From positions 10,044,001 through 10,108,000 of the forward strand of contig NC_086373.1 of assembly GCF_036588685.1 (NCBI RefSeq): a DNA stretch of 64,000 bases. The letters are read 5' to 3'. Below, piece by piece: positions 39,650-53,490 of the stretch. Made by a program: the position numbers and the translations under genes. Source of the stretch: Mytilus trossulus. Lineage: Eukaryota. Under the pieces are notes generated by a model. That model was given only the letters and a program-made list of their open reading frames with translations. It searched no databases and had not been told where the DNA came from. How positions within the stretch are numbered: position 1 is the first letter of the stretch; every line of letters begins with the position of its first letter.

Positions 39650-42600
39650 CCAATGAGGAGAAGTTGTTTCTACATCTCCCTCAAATCCCAGCCAAAATTT
39701 GCATTACTGTGAGATGTTGTTTTACACATCACTCACAGTTCCCAACCAAAATGATTTCAATTACTGTGAGAAGGGGTTCTTTCAATATCTCCTCCAGTTA
39801 CAAGCCAATATTACTTTTATTATTGTGAGTGAATGTTAATTCCACATTGATTTACTACTGTGAGTAGAGGTTGTCTTAACATCTCCAACTGTTCCTGGAC
39901 AAATGATTTCCCTTCATGTGAGTATTGTTTGCCACTGTTCCCAACTATGATAACGTTCACTACTGTGCGTAGATTCTTTTCTCATCTGCCACTGTTCCCA
40001 GCCAAAATGCTTTCCTTTTCTGATTATCGAGTTTGTTTTCACATCTGCCACAGTTCGCAGCCATAATGCTTTCTGTAACTTAGGGTAGAGGTTGATCGAT
40101 TTCACTGTTCCTAGTAATAGTGATTTCAATTACTCTAAGTAGAGGTTGTTTTCAGTTACTGTGAGTAGAGGTTGGTTTCCCGTCTGCCACTGTTCCCAGC
40201 CAGAATGCTTTCTTTTCTTGTGAGAAGAGTTTGTTTTCCCATCCGCCACTGTAACTAGTAAAGATGATTTCAGTTACTGTGAGTAGAGGTTGCTTCCAGT
40301 TATTGAGATTTGAGGTGGTTTCATCATCTGCCACTGTTCCCAGCCAAAATGCTTTCTTTTCTTGTGAGAAGAGTTTGTTTTCACATCTGCCACAGTTCGC
40401 AGCCATAATGCTTTCTGTAACTTAGAGTAGAGGTTGATCGATTTCACTGTTCCTAGTAATAGTGATTTCAATTACTCTAAGTAGAAGTTGTTTTCAGTTA
40501 CTGTGAGTAGAGGTTGGTTTCCTGTCTGCCACTGTTCCCAGCCAGAATGCTTTCTTTTCTTGTGAGAAGAGTTTGTTTTCCCATCTGCCACTGTTACTAG
40601 TAAAGATGATTTCAGTTACTGTGAGTAGAGGTTGCTTCCAGTTATTGAGAGTTGAGGTGGTTTCATCATCTGCCACTGTTCCCAGCCAAAATGCTTTCTT
40701 TTCTTGTGAGAAGAGTTTGTTTTCCCATCTGCCACCTGTTAGTAGTAAAGATGATTTCAGTTACTGTGAGTAGAGATTGCTTCCAGTTATTGGGAGTATT
40801 CCACACATCCTTCGTATTCTAGCCAAGATGATTTCAATAACTATGACCAGAGGTTGTTTCCACACATCCTACGTATTCTAGCCAAGATTTTTTCCATAAC
40901 TATGACCAGAGGTTGTTTCCACACATCCTACTGTACATGTACGTATTGCAACCAAGATGATTTTCATTACTATGACCAGAGGTTGTTTCTACACATCCTA
41001 CGTATTCTAGCCAAGATGATTTCCATTACTATAACCAGAGGTTGTTTCCACACATCCTACGTATTCTAGCCAAGATAATTTCCACTACTATGACCAGAGG
41101 TTGTTTCCACACATCCTACGTATTGCAACCAAGATGATTTCCATTACTATGACCAGAGGTTGTTTCTACACATCCTACGTATTCTAGCCAAGAGGATTTC
41201 CATTACTATAATCAGAGGTTGTTTTCACACATCCTACGTATTCTAGCCAAGATAATTTCCACTACTATGACCAGAGGTTGTTTCCACACATCCTACGTAT
41301 TCTAGCCAAGATAATTTCCATAACTATGACCAGAGGTTGTTTCTACACATCCTACGTATTCTAGCCAAGATGATTTCCATAACTATGACCAGAGATTGTT
41401 TCCACGCATCCTACGTATTACATGACTCCATAACTATGACCAGAGGTTGTTTCTACACATCCTATGTATTATAGTCAAGATGATTTCCACTACTATGACC
41501 AGAGGTTGTTTCCACACATCCTACGTATTCTTGCCAAGATAATTTCCATTACTATGACCAGAGGTTGTTTCTACACATTCTACGTATCCTAGCCAAGCTG
41601 ATTCACATTACTATGACCAGAGGTTGTTTCCACACATCCTACGTATTAAAGCCAAGATGATTTCCATAACTATGACCAGAGATTGTTTCCACTCATCCTA
41701 CGTATTACATGACACCATACCTATGACCAGAGGTTGTTTCTACACATCCTATGTATTATAGCCAAGATGATTTCCACTACTATGACCAGAGGTTGTTTCC
41801 ACACATCCTACGTATTCTTGCCAAGATAATTTCCATTACTATGACCAGAGGTTGTTTCTACACATCCTACGTATCCTAGCCAAGCTGATTCACATTACTA
41901 TGACCAGAGGTTGTTTCCACACATCCTACGTAGTATAGCCAAGATGATTTCCATAACTATGACCAGAGATTGTTTCCACTCATCCTACGTATTACATGAC
42001 TCCATAACTATGACCAGAGGTTGTTTCTACACATCCTATGTATTCTAGCCAAGATGATTTCCACTACTATGACCAGAGGTTGTTTCCACACATCCTACGT
42101 ATTCTTGCCAAGATGATTTCCATTACTATGACCAGAGGTTGTTTCTACACATCCTACGTATCCTAGCCAAGCTGATTCACATTACTATGACCAGATATTG
42201 TTTCTACACATCCTACGTATTCTAGCCAAGATGATTTCCATAACTATGGCCAGAGGTTGTTTCTACACATCTTACGTATTTTTGCCAAGATGAATTCCAT
42301 TACTATGATCAGAGGTTGTTTCCACACATTCTACGTATTCTAGCCAATATGATTTCTATAACTATGACCAGAAGTTGTTTCTACACATCCTACGTATTCT
42401 AGCCAAGATGATTTCCATAACTATGACCAGAGGTTGTTTCTACACATCCTACGTATTCTAGCCAAGATGATATCCATAACTATGACCAGAGGTTGTTTCC
42501 ACACATCCCATGTATTCTAGCCAAGATGATTTCCATAACTATGACCAGAAGTTGTTTCTACACATCCTACGTATTCTAGCCAAGATGATATCCATAACTA

Positions 42601-45030
42601 TGACCAGAGGTTGTTTCCACACATCCTACGTATTCTAGCCAAGATGATTGATTCTACACATCCTACGTATTCTAGCTAAGATGATTGATTCTACACATCC
42701 TACGTATTCTAGCCAAGATGATTGATTCTACACATCCTACGTATTCTAGCCAAGATGATGTCCATTACTATGACCAGAGGTTGTTTCCACACATCCTACG
42801 TATTCTAGCCAAGATGATTTCCATAACTTTGACCAGAAGTTGTTTCCACACATCCTACGTATTCTAGCCAAGATGATGTCCATTACTTTGACCAGAGGTT
42901 GTTTCCACACATCCTACGTATTCTAGCCAAGATGATTGATTCTACACATCCTACGTATTCTAGCTAAGATGATTGATTCTACACATCCTACGTATTCTAG
43001 CCAAGATGATTGATTCTACACATCCTACGTATTCTAGCCAAGATGATGTCCATTACTATGACCAGAGGTTGTTTCCACACATCCTACGTATTCTAGCCAA
43101 GATGATTTCCATAACTTTGACCAGAAGTTGTTTCCACACATCCTACGTATTCTAGCCAAGATGATGTCCATTACTTTGACCAGAGGTTGTTTCCACACAT
43201 CCTACGTATTCTAGCCAAGATGATTGATTCTACACATCCTACGTATTCTAGCTAAGATGATGTCCATTACTATGACCAGAGGTTGTTTCCACACATCCTA
43301 CGTACTCTAGCCAAGATGATTTCCATAACTATGACCAGAAGTTGTTTCTACACATCCTACGTATTCTAGCCAAGATGATATCCATAACTATGACCAGAGG
43401 TTGTTTCCACACATCCTACGTATTCTAGCCAAGATGATTGATTCTACACATCCTACGTATTCTAGCTAAGATGATTGATTCTACACATCCTACGTATTCT
43501 AGCCAAGATGATTGATTCTACACATCCTACGTATTCTAGCCAAGATGATGTCCATTACTATGACCAGAGGTTGTTTCCACACATCCTACGTATTCTAGCC
43601 GAGATGATGTCCATTACTATGACCAGAGGTTGTTTCCACACATCCTACGTATTCTAGCCAAGATGATGTCCATTACTATGACCAGTGGTTGTTTCCACAC
43701 ATCCTACGTATTCTAGCCAAGATGATTTCCATAACTTTGACCAGAAGTTGTTTCCACACATCCTACGTATTCTAGCCAAGATGATTTCCATAACTTTGAC
43801 CAGAAGTTGTTTCCACACATCCTACGTATTCTAGCCAAGATGATGTCCATTACTTTGTCCAGAGGTTGTTTCCACACATCCTACGTATTCTAGCCAAGAT
43901 GATTGATTCTACACATCCTACGTATTCTAGCCAAGACGATGTCCATTACTATGACCAGAGGTTGTTTCCACACATCCTACGTACTCTAGCCAAGATGATG
44001 TCCATTACTATGACCCGAGGTTGTTTTCACACATCCTACGTATTCTAGCCAAGATGATTTCCATAACTTTGACTAGAAGTTGTTTCCAAACATTCTACGT
44101 ATTCAATCTAAAATTCTTTCCATTACCTGAACCAGAGGTTTTTTTCTCACCTCCAACATAGAGTGAATAATTAGTTGTAAGGTAATTTCACTATCCTCAC
44201 ATTTTCCCATCCAATATTATTGTAACCAGAAGTTGTTTCTACATTTCGCACTGATGGCCATTATGCCAAGTCAGAATGATTACCATTACTGAAAAGTAAA
44301 TCAATGGAAGTTGTTTCGCCATTTCCAACGATCCCCGTCCAAAATTATTTATATTGCTGTGATCACAGTTTGTTACCACACCCCATCTTACCAGCAAAGG
44401 CGAATTAGTATGAAAAAGAGGTTGTTGCCACACCTCTCACTGTTTCCAGACAAGTTTTAATATGAACAGACGTTTCTTCCACATTTCCCACTGTTCCTAG
44501 CAAAGATGATATCTATTACTGTGACCAGAGATTGTTTCCACATCTTCCACTGCCTAAAGCCAATGTGATGTCTATTACTGTGCAATTGTTGTTTCTACAT
44601 TTCCCTCTAGTCCCAGTTAAAATGATCCCCAATACTGTATTGGAAATAGTTTCGTCATTTACACCTATTACCGTACAAAATCATTTCTATTGTAACCAGA
44701 GGTTGTTTCAACCAGAGGCGGATTTAGGGGGGGGGGGGGCCGGGCCCCCCCCCCCTTTTTGGGAAAAAAATTGGTTGCTTATATAGGGAATCACTGAAGT
44801 GGGCCCCCTCTTATGTCAGTCAGTGGGCCCCCACTTATGAAAATTCCTGGATCCGCCACTGGTTTCAACACACCTTCTTCACCGCCAATGTAATTTATGT
44901 TACATGGATCAGAAGATGATTTCATATATCCCACTGTTGCAATCCAAATTGATATATTTATTAATGTGGGCGGCGGTTGCTTCCACGTCGTCCTACAGTG
45001 TCAAGCCGAAATGTGACCAGAAGTTGTATT
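39650..45030. repeat. 59-bp satellite array in CHCHD7 intron 2; homogeneous core ~40800-44110, diverged flanks
   Basis: Monomer ttccacacatcctacgtattctagccaagatgatttccattactatgaccagaggttgt, with 51-bp and 37-bp deletion variants. Confidence 0.95.
44713..44861. mobile_element. hAT-type MITE with 8-bp TSD
   Basis: cagaggcggat / atccgccactg TIRs; GTTTCAAC at 44705-44712 and 44862-44869. Confidence 0.9.
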
Positions 45031-45136
45031 TACATATTCCTGAAAACATTAGACATTTTCTAAATTTGATTAAATGCCTGTAAGATTCAGTCATTGTGAA
45101 TAACGACTATTTTTCTAGGCATTTTATAAAACAGAC

Positions 45137-45316
45137 TGAACTCAGTGATTAATCTGCACATTACAGGTGATGCATCTATAACTGGAGTTTACTTGTTGAA
45201 CTCAGTGATTAATCTGCACATTACAGGTGATGCATCTATAACTGGAGTTTACTTGTTGAACTCAGTGATTAATCTGCACATTACAGGTGATGCATCTATA
45301 ACTGGAGTTTACTTGT
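45137..45316. repeat. Perfect 60-bp tandem repeat, 3 copies
   Basis: Identical tgaactcagtgatt...gtttacttgt units. Confidence 0.97.
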
Positions 45317-47313
45317 GGCAGTGTATTTAAAGATACTCATACTCGGCATCACAATTAAATCGGCTTTGTTTCGCAAAACCCATGCTTAAGATGGGCAAGC
45401 GGTAGTCGTAATCCCTGTCCTTTATCCAGAATAATATATTGCAGCAAATATCCATATGCATAATAACCAAATCATTCTCATCTTCAAAATGAATGAAATA
45501 CTTGCTACTGACAGGAACAATAAGTAATTTTATAACCAAACCTCTTTTCTCTGTTCCACATGTTTCATGACACTGTTTTGAATCTGGAATTTTTAAACAA
45601 CCATTTGGTAAGATTGTTCTATTGAAAGAACAATTTGTCCTTCTATTTTTTTGAAAAAATAAATAAAATTTACTATCTGAAATACAGAGTGAATACATAC
45701 TTAACATAGATTCAAAAAACATACCACATCATATGACATACGAACCTTCCCAGCTGGTTTTTGGAAAATCAATTAATTCCACCGAACCAGTAGTTATTTT
45801 CTTTGCAAGATACATTTTGTGTTTTTTCCAGTTATGTCAAGTAAGTCTCAATGATTTTATTTTTCTACAAATTGCCTGAAACTGAAAGGCAATTTATGGA
45901 ATATTGTTTAAAAGTTTTATTCATTTTACAAAATGACTAGGTAGTTTTAGTCATTTTTTATAATGCCTTTCAAGGTATGGCATTTTATAAATTGCCTGAA
46001 AATTGAGTTATTTTAGAAAATGCCTAAAACATATATATACAAGTAGAAATACATAGATTTAACAAAAATACCGAACTTCAAGAAAAATTCCAAACGGAAA
46101 AGTAAAAAAACATCAGACGAATGGATAACAACGGTCATTTCCTGAAATATAAACATTGAGTGGACAGGACGGATACTTGCACATCCAAACTAAAAAATGA
46201 CTTAGTACAGATATGATCATGATGATGGTTACTGAAAGCCAATAAAAACTTAAAATAAAATCATGCATTTAAAACTAAATTTTCCACTTCTCCCAGTTCT
46301 CCCTGCCAAACTGATTTCTGTTACTGTGACCAGTTGTCTTTTTCATATCTCCCACTGTTGCTCATAAAGGTGGTTAATATTACTGGGATAAGATGACGGT
46401 ACACAACTGCCATTATTCCAAAGCAAGGGGGTTTCCATTTGATTATTATCTTCTAAACCACTGACATACAAGTTCTAACGAAACTTTACCTGCAACTCTT
46501 GCAATTGTTGGCTGGGTGTCAGTGAGACTATTAGAGATTCTTGTACAGAAAAGCATACAGTACCTGATCGTCAAAGTAACCGTGAGACTAAGGCGTATGG
46601 TGAGTCAACAGCGTTGAAGTTGTCATTTCAGAAGTTTTAAAAAGAATCACCAATGACAGCTCAATGATATTTGGTAAACAGTACATGTATAAAAACTATA
46701 AGAATAGGCAAATTTCATTAGAGTTTATGTGGTCCTGTTCCTCAGTCATACAATGGGCTTTAAAACTTTTCCGTAGTTTACGTGTTAATGTGTAATTGGG
46801 TTAAAAATTGGGATAAACAGTTGTATTAACACATCACTACTCGTATAAATTGAGATTATATAACCCCTATCACATGATGGCAAGGTTGTCAAAAACCCGG
46901 GTTTCATGAGTATTGCCCAGTCCAGTGGGAAATACTGGGAAAACCCGGGTTTTACTGTGTTTTAATTGGTAATACTAGGCAATACTGAGTAATATATAAT
47001 ACTGGCCTGAATTTTATAGAGAATTCAGTGTCAGATCAAACTCAAATGCAATACATTTAAGATATTTATAAACTCATTTTGATTTATAAACAAGTTTACT
47101 TGTTTGAGAGTCTGATAATACAACTTACAAGTGTATACATTTGAAAAAGTACTATTCTAGCAACTATGAGACAACTAGAGATGTTTGAAGCGTAGTTTGT
47201 TTTCTCATAATCGATTTGACTTTGAACACCGGTAGACTAGTACTGTTGCCTACATTTATAGTATGATCAAGTAAATGAGATTTTAATGATATATTTTCAA
47301 TTTACCTTTACAG

Positions 47314-47427
47314 AATAGTGTAAGCTGGGAAAGATTGTTCAGAGGCATTAAACCTTCAATTCCTCCTCCGGATGAAAGAGATGCTATTAGAGAAGAATTT
47401 GCAAAAAGAAAAGGCTATAATTACTGA
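47314..47427 (+). CDS. CHCHD7: CHCHD7/COX23 homolog, exon 3; total 131 aa
   Basis: ctttacag|NSVSWERLFRGIKPSIPPPDERDAIREEFAKRKGYNY*; matches the CHCHD7 tail pattern NS...R..G.KP..P...ERD.I. Confidence 0.9.
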   Translation, partial: NSVSWERLFRGIKPSIPPPDERDAIREEFAKRKGYNY

Positions 47428-48810
47428 ATCTATTTGTTTTGTGTATCTGAGGAAGCTAGTATCTAGGAAAAAATGCCCAAAGTCTGACCATTTCCAATTG
47501 TTTAAAAAAAAAAGGCACATGAAGTATGTATGAATGAGACGAACTGCTGTTATCTTTGAAACATGGATGTATTGAAATAGGAGGAGCTAGTATTTTAAAA
47601 TCATCAATCAAATTAGTACAAATCCCACAAATTATATCTTTTTATATTGCTGAGTTGTGTTGACTATAAATTATTATGCTTTTATAGCTAGTTATTTCCT
47701 GGACATCATTGATGTTTTTGTGTAGATGAAACATACGTTTTTAAATATTAAATTATAGGGAAAACAATTTCTTCATAACATCTTGATATTGTTTCGTCAA
47801 CATGTATAACATGAGGATTATTAATATTTTCCACTTTTTATCCAACCTGAATTTTTTATTGACTTGTTTCATAAATATTTGTACTTTTTCCTTTTTCCTT
47901 TTTCTTTATAGATTGATGTTTTCTTTAATTGCAAAATCATGAAAGCAGTGTCATAGATTCTACCCTTTTGAACTGCATTATCACCTTAAATATTTTCGTT
48001 CAGTAATAAAGTTAATCTCTTAGTGTTGATAGGTTAAGCAAAGATGTACATATTAGGAGGTTTAAAAGGAAATCTTGCCGTTATTTATGAATAACGTACT
48101 TGATTTGTATGTATTTATAAGTCTTAAAAATGTTTGTTTATGTGTAATGAATAAATGAGGAAAAAATGCTTTTAATTGTGTTGCCAATTTGTAGCCATTA
48201 AGCCAACTAGAATAGGATTTTTTTTTGTTTTCCCTGTGCCTTGTATCGAGTTGAATAGAAATAAAGAGAATAGCACCCTTGATATCAACGTTCAATTCTG
48301 TGTGTACTTTTAAAGTTGTGTTTTATACTCCAGCTCAGTTTTCTGATACTGAGTGACATACACTCAACTATTAAGGAGTTAAACAGACTTTAAGAAAGGA
48401 AGATCAAGCTTACTTAGTGCCCTGGACACCATTTTGCCATGGGTCAGTCAAGTTAACAATCAGTTAATGCTTAAATGCATTAAGTTTAGTTTTATGTCTT
48501 TATTTAGTCTCAGATTCTTCTGCTTGACCAAAGCAAGTTGCAAAAAAGATTGTCAGACCTCAGAGCAATGTTATACTAGATTATTTGTTGGCATAGGAAT
48601 AAATTAAATGAAGTATTGCTATATACCTGCACCCAGAAGTTTAACAGGTCAGCTTTTTATTCCTCTTGTTTGACTTAATTTATTTAAAGAAGAGAGTTCA
48701 AAAAGAGTTTTATCTAACTTAACTATACTTCCCTCTGAAGGTAGGGTGGATTAGTTGACGGAGGGTTATATCAGTGTCAAATTAAATGCATATTCCGGAC
48801 AAGAACATAT

Positions 48811-49364
48811 TTTTATGGCCCCGAAACGAAGTTGTCGGTGCCATGTAGTTTTACCCTTGTCCGTCATTCCAAAAACAAACCATTATACGGAGTTTTTTCT
48901 AAATGCCTTCAGACATTAGGCTGATTTTTGGTATGTGAGTTAACCATGATGAGTTACAGATCAAGTTTAAGTTTCTTTCCGCTTGGCTACTTTTTGCTGA
49001 AATTACGGGCTTTGGACTTTAATGAATAGTTGAAATTCACAGTAATTTACAGACTTTTTTCTAAACGCCTTCGGATACTAGTATTGGGCTGGTTTTTGGT
49101 ATGTGAGTTAACCATGATGAGTTACAGATCAAGTTTAAGTTTCGCTCCGCTCTACTATTTTTTGTCGAAATTATGAGCTTTGGACTTTGATGAATTGTTG
49201 AAAATCACAGTTATACAGACTTTTTTTCTATACGCCTTCAGAATTTGAGCTGATTTTCTATATGTGAGACTATCATCATGGTGATTGCCACATGTGTTAT
49301 TCAAATTGCAGATTTTTTAACTTTTTGAGACGGGGCCATTCGTTTCGTTTTGACACATCTAGTT
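48811..49364 (+). mobile_element. Helentron-associated non-autonomous element (HINE-like)
   Basis: Subterminal IR ATGGCCCCG (48815) / CGGGGCCAT (49331), ~160-bp internal tandem repeats, T-rich start and CTAGTT end. Confidence 0.75.
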
Positions 49365-49369
49365 AAAAA

Positions 49370-49605
49370 GTGATAGGAATGTAGACATTGCTTTGTAATC
49401 AACCGACAGATCGGGTCGAATTTTAACGTTCTGGTTCACAAGGTAAAATCCACAGGAACACATATCGTACTGGACACATTATCACGATTCCAAGCTGACC
49501 ATTTTTGTTCCTACTCCTTAATACTAATTTTGAAGTGTTTGGTTTTACATGGACTAGGATGAAACCCACGACATCCTGCATTTGAAGCGGTCATTTGCCC
49601 TTAAC
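49370..49605 (-). mobile_element. Degenerate tRNA-derived SINE (mollusc Meta/MESC-type central domain)
   Basis: Minus strand has a decayed B-box (gggtttcatcc) then aaaccaaacac...aaattagt...ggaatc.tgataatgtgtcc; family assigned from recalled consensus. Confidence 0.5.
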
Positions 49606-50457
49606 CACATTTTCTTAATTCTTCGGACATCGAGGTTGTATCTGTTGAGCATATGTTATATGCAATAAATGAACTACATCTGATGTGTGGAATAATTGTC
49701 AAGTATACTTGTCTGTCTGTTAATGGTTATCTGAATTTTCTTCATTTTCAATATCGGTAAACAATACCATCAGCTTCTTCAACATTCACAATACTCTTAG
49801 CAATTAGTCAACATATTCGTTGTATGGAGATATTGGTAGGTGCACATGTCCGTCAAACAGTGATTATCTGACCTTGACCTTATTTTCAGGGTTCATTTGG
49901 CATCTTAAACTTTTCATTGTTAGTATCGTTTCTTCGACACTATATATATAAGTAACATGTCAACTATATTTGATGTATGGAACCCACTAACATTGAGAAT
50001 TAGATACAGTCTACGGAAACAGTTTTAAAACTTTAAAAAATGAAATGCTTCTTCATACAAGTAAGTTTAAAAGAGATATATAGAAACCTATACTGTCTGG
50101 CAAACAATGTGTACTTATCATGTTTGAAATTAGACGGGTTCTGTTTTTGATATGATCAATGTACCACCTCGCAATATTAGTGATATTACAGAGGCAATGT
50201 AGACCACTGAAAGGACAAACAGAAGGTTGAAGATACGTTAGTAAAATCTTACATGGATTGTGTTCACGTACAGGAAATACTATTGCTGCAACCCCATCTC
50301 GATTTCTGAACAAAGATTTCGAATAAAAATCAATCTTAAATTCAGCATACATACTAACTATTTGAATAAGAGAAAGACATATCACCAGTCCATAATCGAA
50401 TTTAGCGAAAAGTATTCACAGATACCAAAGTTGAAGTAGTTTGAGACACAGTGCATT

Positions 50458-51616
50458 TGTAACAAAAAATTTGTTCCGGCGTGACATTTGTTCCTCCGGA
50501 ACAAATTTTATAGGAAATATGTTCCAGCGGAACTTATGTCACAGAAAATATGTTCCAGCACTATAAAATTTGTTCCGGAACTAATTTTCTAACCAAGTGT
50601 GAAATAAGTTCCGGAACAAAAATCACAGCACTATATGACAATGTATGAGTTTTGTTCCAATATTAGAATTTAAAAAAAAGTGAATTAAGTTTGTGTGATA
50701 TTAGTTTTGAAAGAAGGTATTTTATAGAAATCAATGAAAATGTTCTGCTGGAACCTATTTCACAGGAAATAAGTACTGTGCTTGCATGGGCTAATTTGCA
50801 ATTAAAGGCATGACTTTAGGATGAAGATAAGAAATAAAAGCGATGAGAATCATAATGTTTCATAATTTGTATCTATTTTATCATTTAAGTGGTATTCCAC
50901 CTCCTTATTTACTGTTGATCTGTTATGGGTGTTCTAATCATACATGTACTTAGCTATTGTCATTTCACAGTTTTTAAAGAGAGTGTCTTTTGTTTCTCTA
51001 TGTCTTGAAATATAATTGATCCGTCACTTTGTCCATTTTGAAAAAGTACAAATATTCATCTTTAACTATTATAATTCTTTTTTTTCGGAATGACTTTTAT
51101 TATTATTTCTTATTCTACTCTTTCCTGGTTCATAAGTGTCATTTTTAGTATTATTTATTGAGAATATTGTTATTAACTTTTGCTTTACTGCACATGATCC
51201 AAATTTGATGTTTACACTTTTTATTTATTACCTTATCAATTATAAAACATGTTTTTTATAATGACTTTAAACTCACTGATGACAAGTGCTCAGTATGTAA
51301 CATAACTTGGTTAACCAGTGGAACAAATTTCATAGACAAGGTACTTATTTCACCAGATGAGGAACAAATCTCACAAATCCAGAACTTATTTCACCAGGTA
51401 AGGAACAAATCTCACAAACATGGAACTTATTTCACTAGGTAAGGAACAAATTTCACCAACCCAGAACTTATTTCACCAGGTAAAGTGTGGAACTTATTTC
51501 ATATAGATGGAACAAATTATATAGAAATTGTCTGTGAAAAAAGTTCTCCCAGAACATATTTCCTGTGACATAAGTTCCACTGGAACTTTTTTCACAGGAA
51601 CAAATTTTGGCTCACA
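50458..51616. mobile_element. Ginger-like non-autonomous element
   Basis: TGT...ACA termini with aaatttgttcc / ggaacaaattt TIR cores; flanks CATT / CAAT; many internal GGAAC/GTTCC subrepeats. Confidence 0.65.
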
Positions 51617-51894
51617 CAATCACTTAAGAGTACGACTAGCACTTATAACCGACTCTTTAAATTAATACCTCTAGATACATATTTAGTATTTACATTTACA
51701 TACTATTTTCTTGCAAAAACATTTTAGCAGTTTTAGAACTATTCAAATATTAATAACATTATAATTCATCTTTATATGAGTAACATTTTATTATTGAGTA
51801 GCACAACTTTTTGATTTCTATCCAAGTTACATTTATATACAAAATTTACTTTCTTTAATGTCTCAATGCTAATATGTTTTTTTTCATATTTGAT

Positions 51895-52151
51895 TTACTT
51901 TGAGATTGAGTAATAATCCTCGTCATCTAAGCCATCATAAATATTCATGTCAGCCTTTGATTGCCTGTTGTTAACTTCATTGTTACTGGTGTTGACTGGG
52001 TCTAGGTAATAATCTTTATTAGGAGGTGGAGCGTAGTCATTTACTGCTTTGCTTGATGGTAGTTGCTTTAGTTTATTCTTTGCGTTAGGTTTGTCTGTAC
52101 TGTTACTTCGTTTCTTGCTCTTGAACACTGATAGAACCCTTTTCTTTGGCC
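51895..52151 (-). CDS. Lectin/EGF receptor exon 8: cytoplasmic tail with Tyr motifs; total ~445 aa
   Basis: atacag|GPKKRVL...DYYLDPV...IYDGLDDEDYYSISK*. Confidence 0.85.
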
Positions 52152-53033
52152 CTGTATAGCATAAACAATTATTGTACATAATAATTCGAGTTGTTGGAAT
52201 ACTTGTCATTAACACAGTGATTAATTCATCGATGTGGTTATAAAATATATCTTGGCTCAAATCCTGTAAAAAGTGACGAAAAGCTTGTATATCCCTATAA
52301 AAATAGGGATGCAAATTAAATGTGTCAATTATTTCACATTTTTTTTCTGTAGCATATGTTAATGATTGGTCGGAAAGACTTTGTTAACAAAGACAACAAA
52401 ATAGATTAGATACCTCTACTACAGAACTTGGTACTGAGTTGGTATAAGAAAATTGATGTGGTCAAATTTGATGGGAAATACCTTATCGCAACTCATACCA
52501 CTTTATTTAAAATTAACTTTATTTTCCTTGTTTTTAAAGTAGCTATCCTACAAACTGAAAAGTTTACTCATAGTGACACGGGAACATATGTCTATATTAA
52601 GTTTACAGTACTGTATACCGTTTAGCAGTTTTTGGTGTAGATCAGAATCTTTGTAATATCAGAAAGAATAGATATATGAAAATAAAATATAAAAGTCTTC
52701 TAACCAGTAGTCGTTTTAAGTTTAACATAGAACACTATTCTTGCATCATTTCAGTTTTCTAATCGATCTGAACATCAATGCCATATTTGCCACTAGACCG
52801 CTGTTTTTTGTCCATGGTTATCCAGCTGGTTGTGATATTTATAGACTTCTTTACACACAGTAATTTTATAAATCAAATAGTAATACAAATCGATATATAA
52901 ACTATGAGACAAGTAGGGCATTTTGACGTTTATAAAAAATAGATTACATACAAAGTGGAAATATATATATATACAGCGTATATGTGTGTGAGGATTTGGT
53001 AAGAATGGATTCAAACTGTCAATTAAGCCATAC

Positions 53034-53068
53034 CTTTAATTCCCGGTAGTTTCTTAAATAGCTTCAGT
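53034..53068 (-). CDS. Lectin/EGF receptor exon 7: basic juxtamembrane mini-exon
   Basis: ttccag|A CTG AAG...AAA G|gtatgg, RLKLFKKLPGIK; 35 nt, phase 2-1, bridges exons 6 and 8 exactly. Confidence 0.8.
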
Positions 53069-53490
53069 CTGGAAAATAAAAATAAGCATCAGGGTGTCTT
53101 TGATTGACAATGAAATATTGTAATGCTTGTATTGTATATAAAAGTTATTATGAATATGAATAGCGTGGCCATCAAATATCTGTATAAAACCAAAGTTATG
53201 CCTAGCTTTGTAAAGTTAAGAACTTGGATTTTTTCCCAAGTAAATTTTGCTTTTATATATATAGTGGTGATGTGTTTAGTGTTAAACTATCGAAGATCCT
53301 TTAAAAAAGAACAAATCAAAGTAGGTTTGAAGGTTAATCATGGTAATATTATACCTCAAAAGGCACATCATTTAAAAAAAACCAAGTGAAAATATAAATT
53401 GTTTTACATCCTATGAGGTAAACATTTTTCATCTGTCAATCTTTCAAGTTACATTTGAAAAGACAATACTTTTCATACATTAATGCTTAC

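Noticed and set aside
40800-44110. CRISPR-like or coding reading of the regular repeat and its short ORFs
   Set aside because: No unique spacers or cas genes in a eukaryotic intron; the ORFs are translations of the satellite monomer
45327-45722. 131-aa minus-strand ORF
   Set aside because: No recognisable domain or convincing splice structure; lies among aggcaattt/tgcctgaaa subrepeats, probably a repeat remnant
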